Virus record (IMG/VR): IMGVR_UViG_3300018080_000019
Span: 1-64,000 of that record
From: a virus
Length of the DNA stretch: 64,000 bases
Direction: 5' to 3' (one strand)
Shown here piece by piece: positions 56,955 to 64,000 of the stretch. Under the pieces are notes generated by a model. The model had not been told where the DNA came from. It saw only the letters and a program-made list of their open reading frames with translations, and did no database searches. Position numbers and translations under genes: made by a program. Position 1 is the first letter of the stretch, and each line of letters opens with the position of its first letter.

Positions 56955-59900
56955 ATGGAACGCATCCCGCTTACGCTCAACTACTCAACAGGGCACGTCC
57001 GCCGCGAACAGCTAAACGGGCGGGAGTATCTGGTGGCCCCTGTGACTCTCATTGTTCCAGGTGTTCTCAACGGTAGTCGCGGGCCGCTGCTTTATCCTCA
57101 GGAAGAAGTGGCCCGGAACCCCGAAGACTGGAACAAGATTCCGCTCTTGGTCTACCATCCAAAACACCCCCATCGCACGGGTAGTGATGCGTTTGATGAT
57201 CAGGGGGTGGGGTTCCTTAAGAACGCAAGGGCTAACGGTAAGCTGACCGCCGATGCCTGGTTCGACCTCGAACGGGTTCGTAACATTGATGCTCGTGTGC
57301 TTCTAGCTTTGGAAAACGAGCGGCCGATGGAAATCAGTACGGGGCTTGAAGTGTCTGACGAGCCCGCTGCTAACGGTGCTCACTTCAACGGTACCCCTTA
57401 TATAAGTATCGCCCGTAACTACCGACCTGACCATCTTGCGATCCTGCCTGATCAGGTTGGTGCTTGCTCTCTAACCGATGGGTGTGGTCTTATGCTCAAC
57501 AAACGATCTAAACGATCTACCCGTAACTATTCCTCCTCACAACCAAGAGATGCTCAAGGAAGATTTGGTTCTGGTGGGAGTGGTGGTAGCGGTGGGAGTG
57601 GGGGTGGTGGGGGTGGACCAAAAGCAGAGGCGGAGAAAGCGATTGCTACCCTGGAAGCAAAAGTTGGGGAACTCAAACAGTCCTTTAGTGAAGCAAAAGC
57701 GTATCGCTTAGTGGGGGAAAGAGCATCAGAGAAGGCTTGGAAGTCTCAGAGTATAACAGACCATAAAGCAGCTGCGGAAATTCACAGGCAAGGAGCTAAC
57801 AAAGCCAGCTTTGAAATCTATGAGACCAAATCAAAGAAGAAGCTTGCAGCGTTACACGGGGCTGTTGGTGAACATACACGGAAAATGAAGGCCCATGAAC
57901 GGGAAGTTAGGGAGGGAATAAAGGACAGCAAGAACAAGAGTGACTACACTGGTGACTTTTGGAGGGAATCTAGTGTCGTTAACTACTCTCCAAATCAGCC
58001 TCGAGACGCAAGGGGTAGGTTCGGTTCCGGAGGAGGCGGCGGAGGAGGGGGAGCTGCTGGTTTGGACCGTCTTCGAAAGAAGAAAGGTTTGGGGACTACT
58101 TCTAGCTACAGAGACGGGCTCAAAAAGTCTCGTACTGCTTGGATTCTATCTGGTAAGACTGGCAGTTCAAAAGAGGCTAAGGCTGCTATGAAAGCGGCTA
58201 AGGATGGTCAGCACGCTAAAGCGGCGGAACTCCACAAGAAAATAGCAGCGTCACATGAAAAAGCTGCCAGTAAATCACAACCCGGTCCTCTTCTTGGGAG
58301 TGAACTGAAAGCTGCTGAGGCCCATCGTGCCGCTGCTAGTGCTCAGAAACACTTAGCTGAACTTGCAGAGAACTACTCTCCAAGTCAACCACGCGACAGC
58401 CGTGGAAGGTTTGGTTCTGGGGGTGGTGGAGGGGGTGGTGGTTCAAGCAAGTCCATCTCCAAGCCTAAAGCTCTTCCAGCTACGGCTGATGCGGTTGCTC
58501 TACTGGTGGGTGGTACCGTGGAGAGTACGAAGCGAACTAGGTGGAAGGACAAGAAGGGTACGGTAAGCAGTACCTTCCACAAGATCAAAGTTCCTGCCAG
58601 CAAGTCAGGCTCTGCTGCAATACAGGCCCATGCTAGACTCGCCGAGCGGAAGGACATTTCCGTCACTAGCCCCCGACCTGTAGGGAGGAGCGATTGGCGG
58701 GTGAGCGTTCGCTCGAAGGATGCTTCTAAGCATATCCACTTCACATTCGGGGGTAAGCAGGCCCTCAACCGTAAGAAGACCAAGAACTACAATCCAGGAC
58801 AGCCGAGAGATTCTCGAGGTAGATTCGGGTCTGGGGGTGGTGCTGGAGGTTCAATGGCACCGCATACGGGCGATAGTGGAAGTGGTGCAAGCGGTGGAGG
58901 TACTTCAAAGAAGAGTAAGGGTAAGGACACTTCTTATAAGCCCCCTGAGATTCCCAAAGGTAGCTGGAGTGGTCCTGCCAAGACTAAGGATCTTCGCAGC
59001 AGTATCCTGAAAAAAGTTGGGGCTTCTGGTCGAAGTGCGGCTCAACACCGTGGCAAGCTGAAAATTGGCGGTGAGGAAGTGGATTCCCTTCCTTCTGAAG
59101 CGTTCAAAGGTGGGACCACCTTGATTGGTGGTCCAAATCTCAAAAAAGCCGTGAGTAAGTACGTTAGGAAGAGGGGATTCGAGTCTAAGGGGAAAGGTGT
59201 TTGGGAAGACAAGCACAAGAATCAGGTCAGAATTCACACTACGACTCTTGGGTGGGGGAAACGGAAAAGAAAAGAGACTTGGGTAGCCCTGCGTGGAGGG
59301 GCTACTAAGGGGGGCGACTTAACGAAGAACAAGTTCAATCACTCTCACGAACAGTACCACAACCACATAGGAGGTTTTAGTATGGAACTGTCCACAGAGG
59401 AAAGGGTTGAGATCATCGAGGATCTCATCGAAAATAGTTGCTGTTGGGAAGAAGAGGACCGAGCCACCCTGAACGGGTTGGAAGACAATTCCCTCGGTCG
59501 CTTAGCACAGCAACTCGACATCGATCGGGCAAACAACGCTACGATCGAACAGCAGGAAGCTGTCATCAACGCGATGCCTGAAGCCTTACGAAAGGCCAAA
59601 GGCGTCAAGGATGATGAAGAGGAAGAGGAGGAAGTAGCGGTTGACAACGAGTTGTCCGAGGAGGAGTGGCTCAGCAATGCTCCTCCGAGCATCCGCGAAG
59701 CGGTCACCTACGCTCGGAACGCTCAGGCGGCTCAGCGACAAGCCACCTTCAACAAGCTTTTGGAAGGGGCGTCCAAGGAGACCGTGAAAAAGGTCAGTCC
59801 AGCCTTGAACCGTCTCAGCCAAGAGCAGCTTGAAGCGATCGCTCTCCTGGTGGGCAACCGTAAGGCTACTCCTAAGCAGACCGACTCCCAACCGGGGGTC

Positions 59901-60026
59901 CTGGTCCCCGCACAGGGAGCCCCCGTGTACTACGGGAGCCCTGGTGGGGCAGCCACCGTGGACAACAGCGAGGACATGGAGGATCAGAACGAAATCCTCC
60001 CGCTGCCGACACCGTTGACCGCTTAA
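56955..60026 (+). CDS. prohead protease-like (DUF2213-type) N-domain - four delimited internal modules - scaffold-like C-domain
   Basis: N-terminus has LLYPQEEVARNPEDWNKIPLLVYHP...NYRPDHLAILP. Four delimiter motifs. The C-terminal 214 aa are acidic and helical, as in scaffolding proteins. Lies immediately upstream of the capsid genes. Confidence 0.6.
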   Translation: MERIPLTLNYSTGHVRREQLNGREYLVAPVTLIVPGVLNGSRGPLLYPQEEVARNPEDWNKIPLLVYHPKHPHRTGSDAFDDQGVGFLKNARANGKLTADAWFDLERVRNIDARVLLALENERPMEISTGLEVSDEPAANGAHFNGTPYISIARNYRPDHLAILPDQVGACSLTDGCGLMLNKRSKRSTRNYSSSQPRDAQGRFGSGGSGGSGGSGGGGGGPKAEAEKAIATLEAKVGELKQSFSEAKAYRLVGERASEKAWKSQSITDHKAAAEIHRQGANKASFEIYETKSKKKLAALHGAVGEHTRKMKAHEREVREGIKDSKNKSDYTGDFWRESSVVNYSPNQPRDARGRFGSGGGGGGGGAAGLDRLRKKKGLGTTSSYRDGLKKSRTAWILSGKTGSSKEAKAAMKAAKDGQHAKAAELHKKIAASHEKAASKSQPGPLLGSELKAAEAHRAAASAQKHLAELAENYSPSQPRDSRGRFGSGGGGGGGGSSKSISKPKALPATADAVALLVGGTVESTKRTRWKDKKGTVSSTFHKIKVPASKSGSAAIQAHARLAERKDISVTSPRPVGRSDWRVSVRSKDASKHIHFTFGGKQALNRKKTKNYNPGQPRDSRGRFGSGGGAGGSMAPHTGDSGSGASGGGTSKKSKGKDTSYKPPEIPKGSWSGPAKTKDLRSSILKKVGASGRSAAQHRGKLKIGGEEVDSLPSEAFKGGTTLIGGPNLKKAVSKYVRKRGFESKGKGVWEDKHKNQVRIHTTTLGWGKRKRKETWVALRGGATKGGDLTKNKFNHSHEQYHNHIGGFSMELSTEERVEIIEDLIENSCCWEEEDRATLNGLEDNSLGRLAQQLDIDRANNATIEQQEAVINAMPEALRKAKGVKDDEEEEEEVAVDNELSEEEWLSNAPPSIREAVTYARNAQAAQRQATFNKLLEGASKETVKKVSPALNRLSQEQLEAIALLVGNRKATPKQTDSQPGVLVPAQGAPVYYGSPGGAATVDNSEDMEDQNEILPLPTPLTA
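57525..57617 (+). repeat. delimiter peptide motif copy 7
   Basis: NYSSSQPRDAQGRFGSGGSGGSGGSGGGGGG. Confidence 0.8.
57981..58052 (+). repeat. delimiter peptide motif copy 8
   Basis: NYSPNQPRDARGRFGSGGGGGGGG. Confidence 0.85.
58371..58442 (+). repeat. delimiter peptide motif copy 9
   Basis: NYSPSQPRDSRGRFGSGGGGGGGG. Confidence 0.85.
58785..58850 (+). repeat. delimiter peptide motif copy 10
   Basis: NYNPGQPRDSRGRFGSGGGAGG. Confidence 0.8.
59382..60026 (+). CDS. possible nested in-frame scaffolding protein
   Basis: AGGAGG (59369-59374) lies 7 nt upstream of an in-frame ATG at 59382 (MELSTEERVEIIEDL...). Confidence 0.4.
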   Translation: MELSTEERVEIIEDLIENSCCWEEEDRATLNGLEDNSLGRLAQQLDIDRANNATIEQQEAVINAMPEALRKAKGVKDDEEEEEEVAVDNELSEEEWLSNAPPSIREAVTYARNAQAAQRQATFNKLLEGASKETVKKVSPALNRLSQEQLEAIALLVGNRKATPKQTDSQPGVLVPAQGAPVYYGSPGGAATVDNSEDMEDQNEILPLPTPLTA

Positions 60027-60087
60027 CGTCACCACCATCCTCTACTACCTTTACATACTCTAGCAATCACATTTTCGGAGAACCAAA

Positions 60088-60564
60088 ATGGCAAAAGGAA
60101 CCCAAATCATTGTCACCGCGGAACCTCGTGGTGTTCGTGAAGAAGGCTTCATCAGTGGTACTCCCAAGCCCGGGACAGTGGTCCAAATCAAGGAAGAGAC
60201 GGCTGACGTTGGTGGTCGATTCACGTGGGAAGTGTACGACGCCGACGCCGATGGCAATCAGCGGATGATTGCTGTTCTGCTCCCAAAGGACCTCGAAGGG
60301 GGCTTGGAAACTGCTGCCTACGTAAACGGAGATCGTTGCTTCGTTTACTTCCCGCTTCCAGGGGAAACCCTGAACATGCTCTACAAGGCTGTAGCGGGGA
60401 CGAGTGACAACTTCAAAATCGGCGACATTCTGATGGTTGACGATTCTTCGGGAAAGCTGATCCATACAACCGGCTCCCCCGAGAGCGAACCGTTCGTGTG
60501 TCTGGAAACGGTCTCTGCGATCAGTTCGGATACATTGACCTGGTCAATGTTCACCGGCTACTAG
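60088..60564 (+). CDS. hypothetical head protein (possible decoration or accessory protein)
   Basis: GGAGA upstream. Lies between the scaffold and the major capsid gene. Confidence 0.4.
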   Translation: MAKGTQIIVTAEPRGVREEGFISGTPKPGTVVQIKEETADVGGRFTWEVYDADADGNQRMIAVLLPKDLEGGLETAAYVNGDRCFVYFPLPGETLNMLYKAVAGTSDNFKIGDILMVDDSSGKLIHTTGSPESEPFVCLETVSAISSDTLTWSMFTGY

Positions 60565-60619
60565 TCCGCCGGTCACTAACAAGGAACCCTGTAACAAGGA
60601 ACCCTGGAGGAAATCAAAG

Positions 60620-61864
60620 ATGTTTGTTGATAACTATATTCCTGGGGAAGTGGAAGCTGGCGGGCCGAGCGTTATGAAGTTCGCAGGTAGAAGCTTCGAT
60701 CCAGGAATGCGTCGTCCTTACTTCGACAGTAAGGGCCGCGTCTGTGTGACCCTGAATACGGGTCGTACGGAAACAAGGAAAACCCGAGACGGTTCTCTCA
60801 TCTGCAATGCAGCGGGTGAACCGGTCCAGTTCCCCGTGTATCGGCGGGAGTTCGTCTCCAACCTGATGCAACGTGGGATCTGGTGCCCTGTCTGGAACGC
60901 AACCACACTCCGTAAGGACGACTGGTTGATGTTGGACAAGGCCGTTCTCAAAGCTGCTCGAGATCGCCTCAGAGCGTGGGATGATCTTGCGGCCTCCAAT
61001 ACGTTTGGAGGGTTCAACGGCATGGGTAAAATCATGCTGGAACACGAGATTATGACCGACGCTGGCGAAGCGATCATCGACATGGAGGGTACTACCCCCG
61101 GTCGCACGGATTCGGTCAAGTACCAGCTCGAAGGTCTGCCCCTGCCCATCACTCACAGCGATTTTACGTTCAGTGAACGTCGCCTCGCCGTGAGCCGGAA
61201 CGGGGGAACCCCCTTGGACGTAACGATGGGCGAACAGTGTGCTCGCCGCGTTGCCGAAAAGGTGGAAGACATGACCATCGGGGAGTTGGACTTGTCTTCG
61301 GTAAGCTTTGGCGGTACTGCCAGTGACTACGGGGACAACCCGTATATCTATGGCTACATTACCGCTCCCAACCGGATCACCAAGACGGATCTGACTGCCC
61401 CGACGGGTAGCAATCCCAACTCCACGTTGACCGACGTGTTGGCCATGATTGGTCTCGCAGAAGCCCAGAACTTCTACGGTCCTTACATGCTCTACCACTC
61501 GAAGGACTTCGGGGAATACATGGACAACGATTACGCCTATCAGGTTACAGCCGGGAGTAACTATGGTCTGGGCGTCAATCCTTCCATGACCCTCCGGGAC
61601 CGTCTCAAGAAGATCCCCAGGATCAGAGACGTTCGCCAGTTGGACCGTTGGGACGACACTACCTCCTTGCTCCTTATCCAAATGACCGGGGAAGTTGCCC
61701 GTGCCGTGAACGGCATGGAGATGACAACCGTTCAGTGGGAGGGCAAGGGTGGCCTTGAACTCATGTTCAAGATCATGTGTATCAAGGTGCCCCAGATCAG
61801 GTCCCAATATGTCGGTACAACCACGACCAAAAAAACCGGCATTGTCCACGCCTCCACTTCGTAA
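60620..61864 (+). CDS. major capsid protein, HK97 fold, encapsulin (Linocin M18)-like
   Basis: GGAGGA upstream. LRKDDWLMLDKAVLKAARDRLRAWDDL and LPLPITHSDFTFSERRLAVSRNGGTPLDVTMGEQCARRVAEKVEDMTIGE align by eye with encapsulin shell motifs (LPLIELRATFTL...EETVRKVAEFEDEVI). Confidence 0.8.
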   Translation: MFVDNYIPGEVEAGGPSVMKFAGRSFDPGMRRPYFDSKGRVCVTLNTGRTETRKTRDGSLICNAAGEPVQFPVYRREFVSNLMQRGIWCPVWNATTLRKDDWLMLDKAVLKAARDRLRAWDDLAASNTFGGFNGMGKIMLEHEIMTDAGEAIIDMEGTTPGRTDSVKYQLEGLPLPITHSDFTFSERRLAVSRNGGTPLDVTMGEQCARRVAEKVEDMTIGELDLSSVSFGGTASDYGDNPYIYGYITAPNRITKTDLTAPTGSNPNSTLTDVLAMIGLAEAQNFYGPYMLYHSKDFGEYMDNDYAYQVTAGSNYGLGVNPSMTLRDRLKKIPRIRDVRQLDRWDDTTSLLLIQMTGEVARAVNGMEMTTVQWEGKGGLELMFKIMCIKVPQIRSQYVGTTTTKKTGIVHASTS

Positions 61865-61879
61865 AAGTGTGAGATGTTC

Positions 61880-61920
61880 CTCCTGTCACAATCCAGTTAC
61901 TGATTGGATTGTGGCAGGGG
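61880..61920 (+). terminator. strong stem-loop after the capsid gene (attenuator or mRNA stabiliser)
   Basis: Up to 16 bp pair between 61880-61895 and 61905-61920, including the perfect CACAATCCA/TGGATTGTG, with a 9-nt loop. There is no clear U-tract. Confidence 0.5.
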
Positions 61921-61988
61921 GTTCAGTTATCCTCTGTAAAAAGTGTTTTCAGTCACTCAAAGAAAGACCACCACGCTAGGAGCAAATC

Positions 61989-62336
61989 ATGCCAACCTTC
62001 AGACTAATCCACGGTATCCATTGCGAAAAAGACCCCGAGACTGGCGAGGATAGGATTTACTATGCTGGCCAGGAGGGGAAGGATACAATAGAAACCGCTT
62101 GCGAACTGGACAAGAAGTTCAATCGTCCAGGAGCTCGGCGGTTTTATCGCATTAGCGACGAACCCTTACCTGAGTCGTTCCAACAAGATGGCCAGGAAGA
62201 TCCACCCGATGTTCTTGCTTCCCCGGACCTGCCCGAGGATACGTTCGTCGAAGACCCCGAAGAGGCTCCGGTTGAAAAGCCTAAGAGGAAAGTTCGTCGT
62301 AAGAAGAAAACGCCCCACGGTGCGAAGGCTAGCTGA
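61989..62336 (+). CDS. hypothetical protein
   Basis: AGGAG upstream. Acidic middle and basic C-terminus. Confidence 0.5.
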   Translation: MPTFRLIHGIHCEKDPETGEDRIYYAGQEGKDTIETACELDKKFNRPGARRFYRISDEPLPESFQQDGQEDPPDVLASPDLPEDTFVEDPEEAPVEKPKRKVRRKKKTPHGAKAS

Positions 62337-62355
62337 CTAGCCAAAGGAGGGCTAC

Positions 62356-62775
62356 ATGTCCCAGCGTGTAAAGAAGATCGAAGTTACTGCAAAGCTTCCC
62401 ACCTATGACACTGATATTGACATACAGCCGTTCATAGATGTGGCTACCCTCATTACCGATAAGGTAGAAGATGCTGACAGTGACAGCGAACTGACTTCCG
62501 CTGACCTACTCCAAATTGAGGCTTGTCTAGCAGCCCACTTCTATACTTGTATGGCGGACAAGCAGTACACGAGTAAGAGTACTCTTGGAGCCTCTGGCAG
62601 TTTTCAGGGGCAGTATAGCCGGAAGTTGGACTCTACTGACTACGGTCAAACTGCTCTGTTGTTAGACATTACCGGCTACTTGGAAGGGTTGCAAGAAGGG
62701 GGCCGTCCAAAAGCAAGTGTTCAGTGGTTGGGACGGCCTCCCAGTGAGCAAACAGACTTCGAAGACCGAGACTAA
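62356..62775 (+). CDS. putative head completion / head-tail connector protein
   Basis: AAGGAGG upstream. Assignment is by position after the capsid gene. The LLQIEACLAAHFYT region is reminiscent of connector families. Confidence 0.4.
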   Translation: MSQRVKKIEVTAKLPTYDTDIDIQPFIDVATLITDKVEDADSDSELTSADLLQIEACLAAHFYTCMADKQYTSKSTLGASGSFQGQYSRKLDSTDYGQTALLLDITGYLEGLQEGGRPKASVQWLGRPPSEQTDFEDRD

Positions 62776-62778
62776 CCC

Positions 62779-63150
62779 ATGTCCCACGAAACTAATGATC
62801 TGAAACAGAGAGCCCTCTTGTGGGCAGCGAATGGGTGTGACCGGGATGGCCAACCCACCGTGGATGCTGTTGATGAAATTGATGTGCGATGGGTGTACGA
62901 TACCGTCGAAGGCTTGGATGCTCAAGGGAATAAGGTTTCCTACAACGCTCAAGTCGCCGCTGCTCAAGACATCCCGCTCGAGAGCGTCATGTGGTTAGGT
63001 GAGGAAGTTGACTTCCCAACTAACTCCGCTAACTATAGCGACCTCTATCAAGTCAAGCAACGCAAGATTGGTCTGGACGTAAAAGGCCAGACCAACCGTT
63101 ACGAGTATCTGTTGATGCGGTTTGCTAATTCCTTGCCAACGATAGGTTGA
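62779..63150 (+). CDS. hypothetical head-tail block protein
   Basis: Track ORF, tightly packed with its neighbours. Confidence 0.45.
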   Translation: MSHETNDLKQRALLWAANGCDRDGQPTVDAVDEIDVRWVYDTVEGLDAQGNKVSYNAQVAAAQDIPLESVMWLGEEVDFPTNSANYSDLYQVKQRKIGLDVKGQTNRYEYLLMRFANSLPTIG

Positions 63151-63152
63151 TT

Positions 63153-63563
63153 ATGAGCGGTACAATTATCAATCCTGGTTTTGGTACTTGTGAGTTCAAG
63201 CTGTTGGACATGCCTTCTCCTAGGAGTTGGTTCAGCCCCTGGCGAGCCTACCTGGATCGTCGTGTGGAGTTGATCAAGGAACTGGTCTACACGAGGCCCG
63301 ATGGTACTCAGTGCGTCATCCCGGCAGGGTTCACATCAGATGGACCTAGCTTCCCTGTTCTGTGTGCCTGGTTTTTACCGTCGAGACTTCGGGTCTTAGA
63401 GTCTGGCATCTACCACGACTACTTGTGTCGCGTGCTGAAGCATAAGGTTAGTTGGTGCGATGCAGAATTCCGAGAGGCCCTTCATAGCCAAGGGATCGGC
63501 TACCGTGTCGCCCTGGAATGTTATCTGGGGCTCCGTGCTGCGAGTTACTTACACTTACGTTGA
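63153..63563 (+). CDS. DUF1353-like protein
   Basis: ATG 63153; the track start 63147 is TTG and overlaps the upstream stop. YTRPDGTQCVIPAGFTSDGPSFP matches the G..h.VP.GF.TDG.S.P pattern. Confidence 0.5.
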   Translation: MSGTIINPGFGTCEFKLLDMPSPRSWFSPWRAYLDRRVELIKELVYTRPDGTQCVIPAGFTSDGPSFPVLCAWFLPSRLRVLESGIYHDYLCRVLKHKVSWCDAEFREALHSQGIGYRVALECYLGLRAASYLHLR

Positions 63564-63584
63564 CCTTTTGAAAGGAGCAATGCG

Positions 63585-64000
63585 ATGAAAGGTTTTGGAA
63601 AAAGCTGCCTGTTGTGCCTCTGTGCAATTTCGATCCTAGTAGGAACCTTGTTCATCTCGAGTTCAGTGGTTCCTCCAACAACACAAGCCGCCGAAGTGAT
63701 CAAGGTGGACGACAAAGCGGAGCCCGCCACCGTGGACGTTACCACGTTTCGGGGTCGTATGGCCGTTCGCCTTGCAGCAAGAGTGAAACTGCGAAGCGGA
63801 GAACTGAGCCGGGAAGACTACAAGAAGATTTGCAAGGGCTTGCGTGACAATGATGTGGCCGAAGCAGTCTCGGAGGAGATCGGCTTTGCAATGGCCTGCG
63901 ATGGGGTCCAGCCTAAGAGTTTCCAGGACATCCTACAATGGTTGCTCGACAACTGGCAACGCATCCTGGAAATCATAATGAGCATCATTGCGTTACTCTG
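63585..64000 (+). CDS. partial CDS: exported or membrane protein (runs off the window)
   Basis: AAAGGAG lies 8 nt upstream of ATG 63585. The frame is open to the window end. The N-terminus MKGFGKSCLLCLCAISILVGTLFISSSVVPP is signal-peptide-like. Absent from the track because it has no stop. Confidence 0.55.
   Translation, partial: MKGFGKSCLLCLCAISILVGTLFISSSVVPPTTQAAEVIKVDDKAEPATVDVTTFRGRMAVRLAARVKLRSGELSREDYKKICKGLRDNDVAEAVSEEIGFAMACDGVQPKSFQDILQWLLDNWQRILEIIMSIIALL

Noticed and set aside
57573-57617. G-rich poly-Gly coding tracts as G-quadruplexes
   Set aside because: The G runs follow from GGN codons for the conserved poly-Gly peptide. Most copies have fewer than four G3 tracts. The peptide-level explanation is sufficient.
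60614-61849. 411-aa ORF on the minus strand covering the whole capsid gene
   Set aside because: It is a mirror ORF of the plus-strand gene. The plus-strand gene has a strong SD and encapsulin/HK97-like motifs. The minus ORF has no SD, odd composition (His/Gly/Val/Arg-rich) and no recognisable motif.

Overview
The window reads as most of a tailed dsDNA phage or prophage genome, cut inside its head-tail genes. Coding density is very high and many genes are coupled by ATGA, GTGA or TGATG overlaps. There are three transcription blocks. (1) 1-15122 (+) holds head-tail joining genes, tail tube, a G/GT chaperone pair with a canonical -1 slippery site, the tape measure and small tail proteins. It ends in a 6.3 kb glycosyltransferase, methyltransferase and sulfotransferase-like cluster. 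(2) 15557-23432 (-) is an early block of mostly unknown small proteins plus an SF1 helicase and a ParB-like protein. It contains a 620 bp ORF-poor region. (3) 23738-64000 (+) holds replication and recombination genes: RuvC-like, UDG family 4, PD-(D/E)XK nuclease, Sak4-like ATPase, HNH, family A DNA polymerase, primase and a P-loop helicase-like protein. It also holds a candidate thymidine-hypermodification cluster, terS and terL, the portal, giant multidomain virion proteins, MuF, a protease-scaffold polyprotein, an encapsulin-like HK97-fold major capsid protein and connector genes. No rRNA, CRISPR array, transposase, integrase or recognisable lysis cassette was seen. The most unusual signals are listed here. 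(a) A conserved peptide, N-[YW]-x-P-x-Q-P-R-D-x-x-G-[RK]-F-G-S-polyGly, recurs ten times and delimits effector-like modules in the portal, two polyvalent proteins and the protease-scaffold protein. The modules include three R-S-E ADP-ribosyltransferases, a Nudix domain and an atypical kinase. (b) The DNA-modification cluster carries an ATCase/OTCase-like carbamoyltransferase and an AsnB-like amidotransferase. (c) A late-operon glycan cluster includes a sulfotransferase-like gene. (d) Two tRNA-like elements lack a normal anticodon loop. (e) There are several recoding and regulatory features. All functional calls come from motif recognition by eye and need HMM or structure searches.
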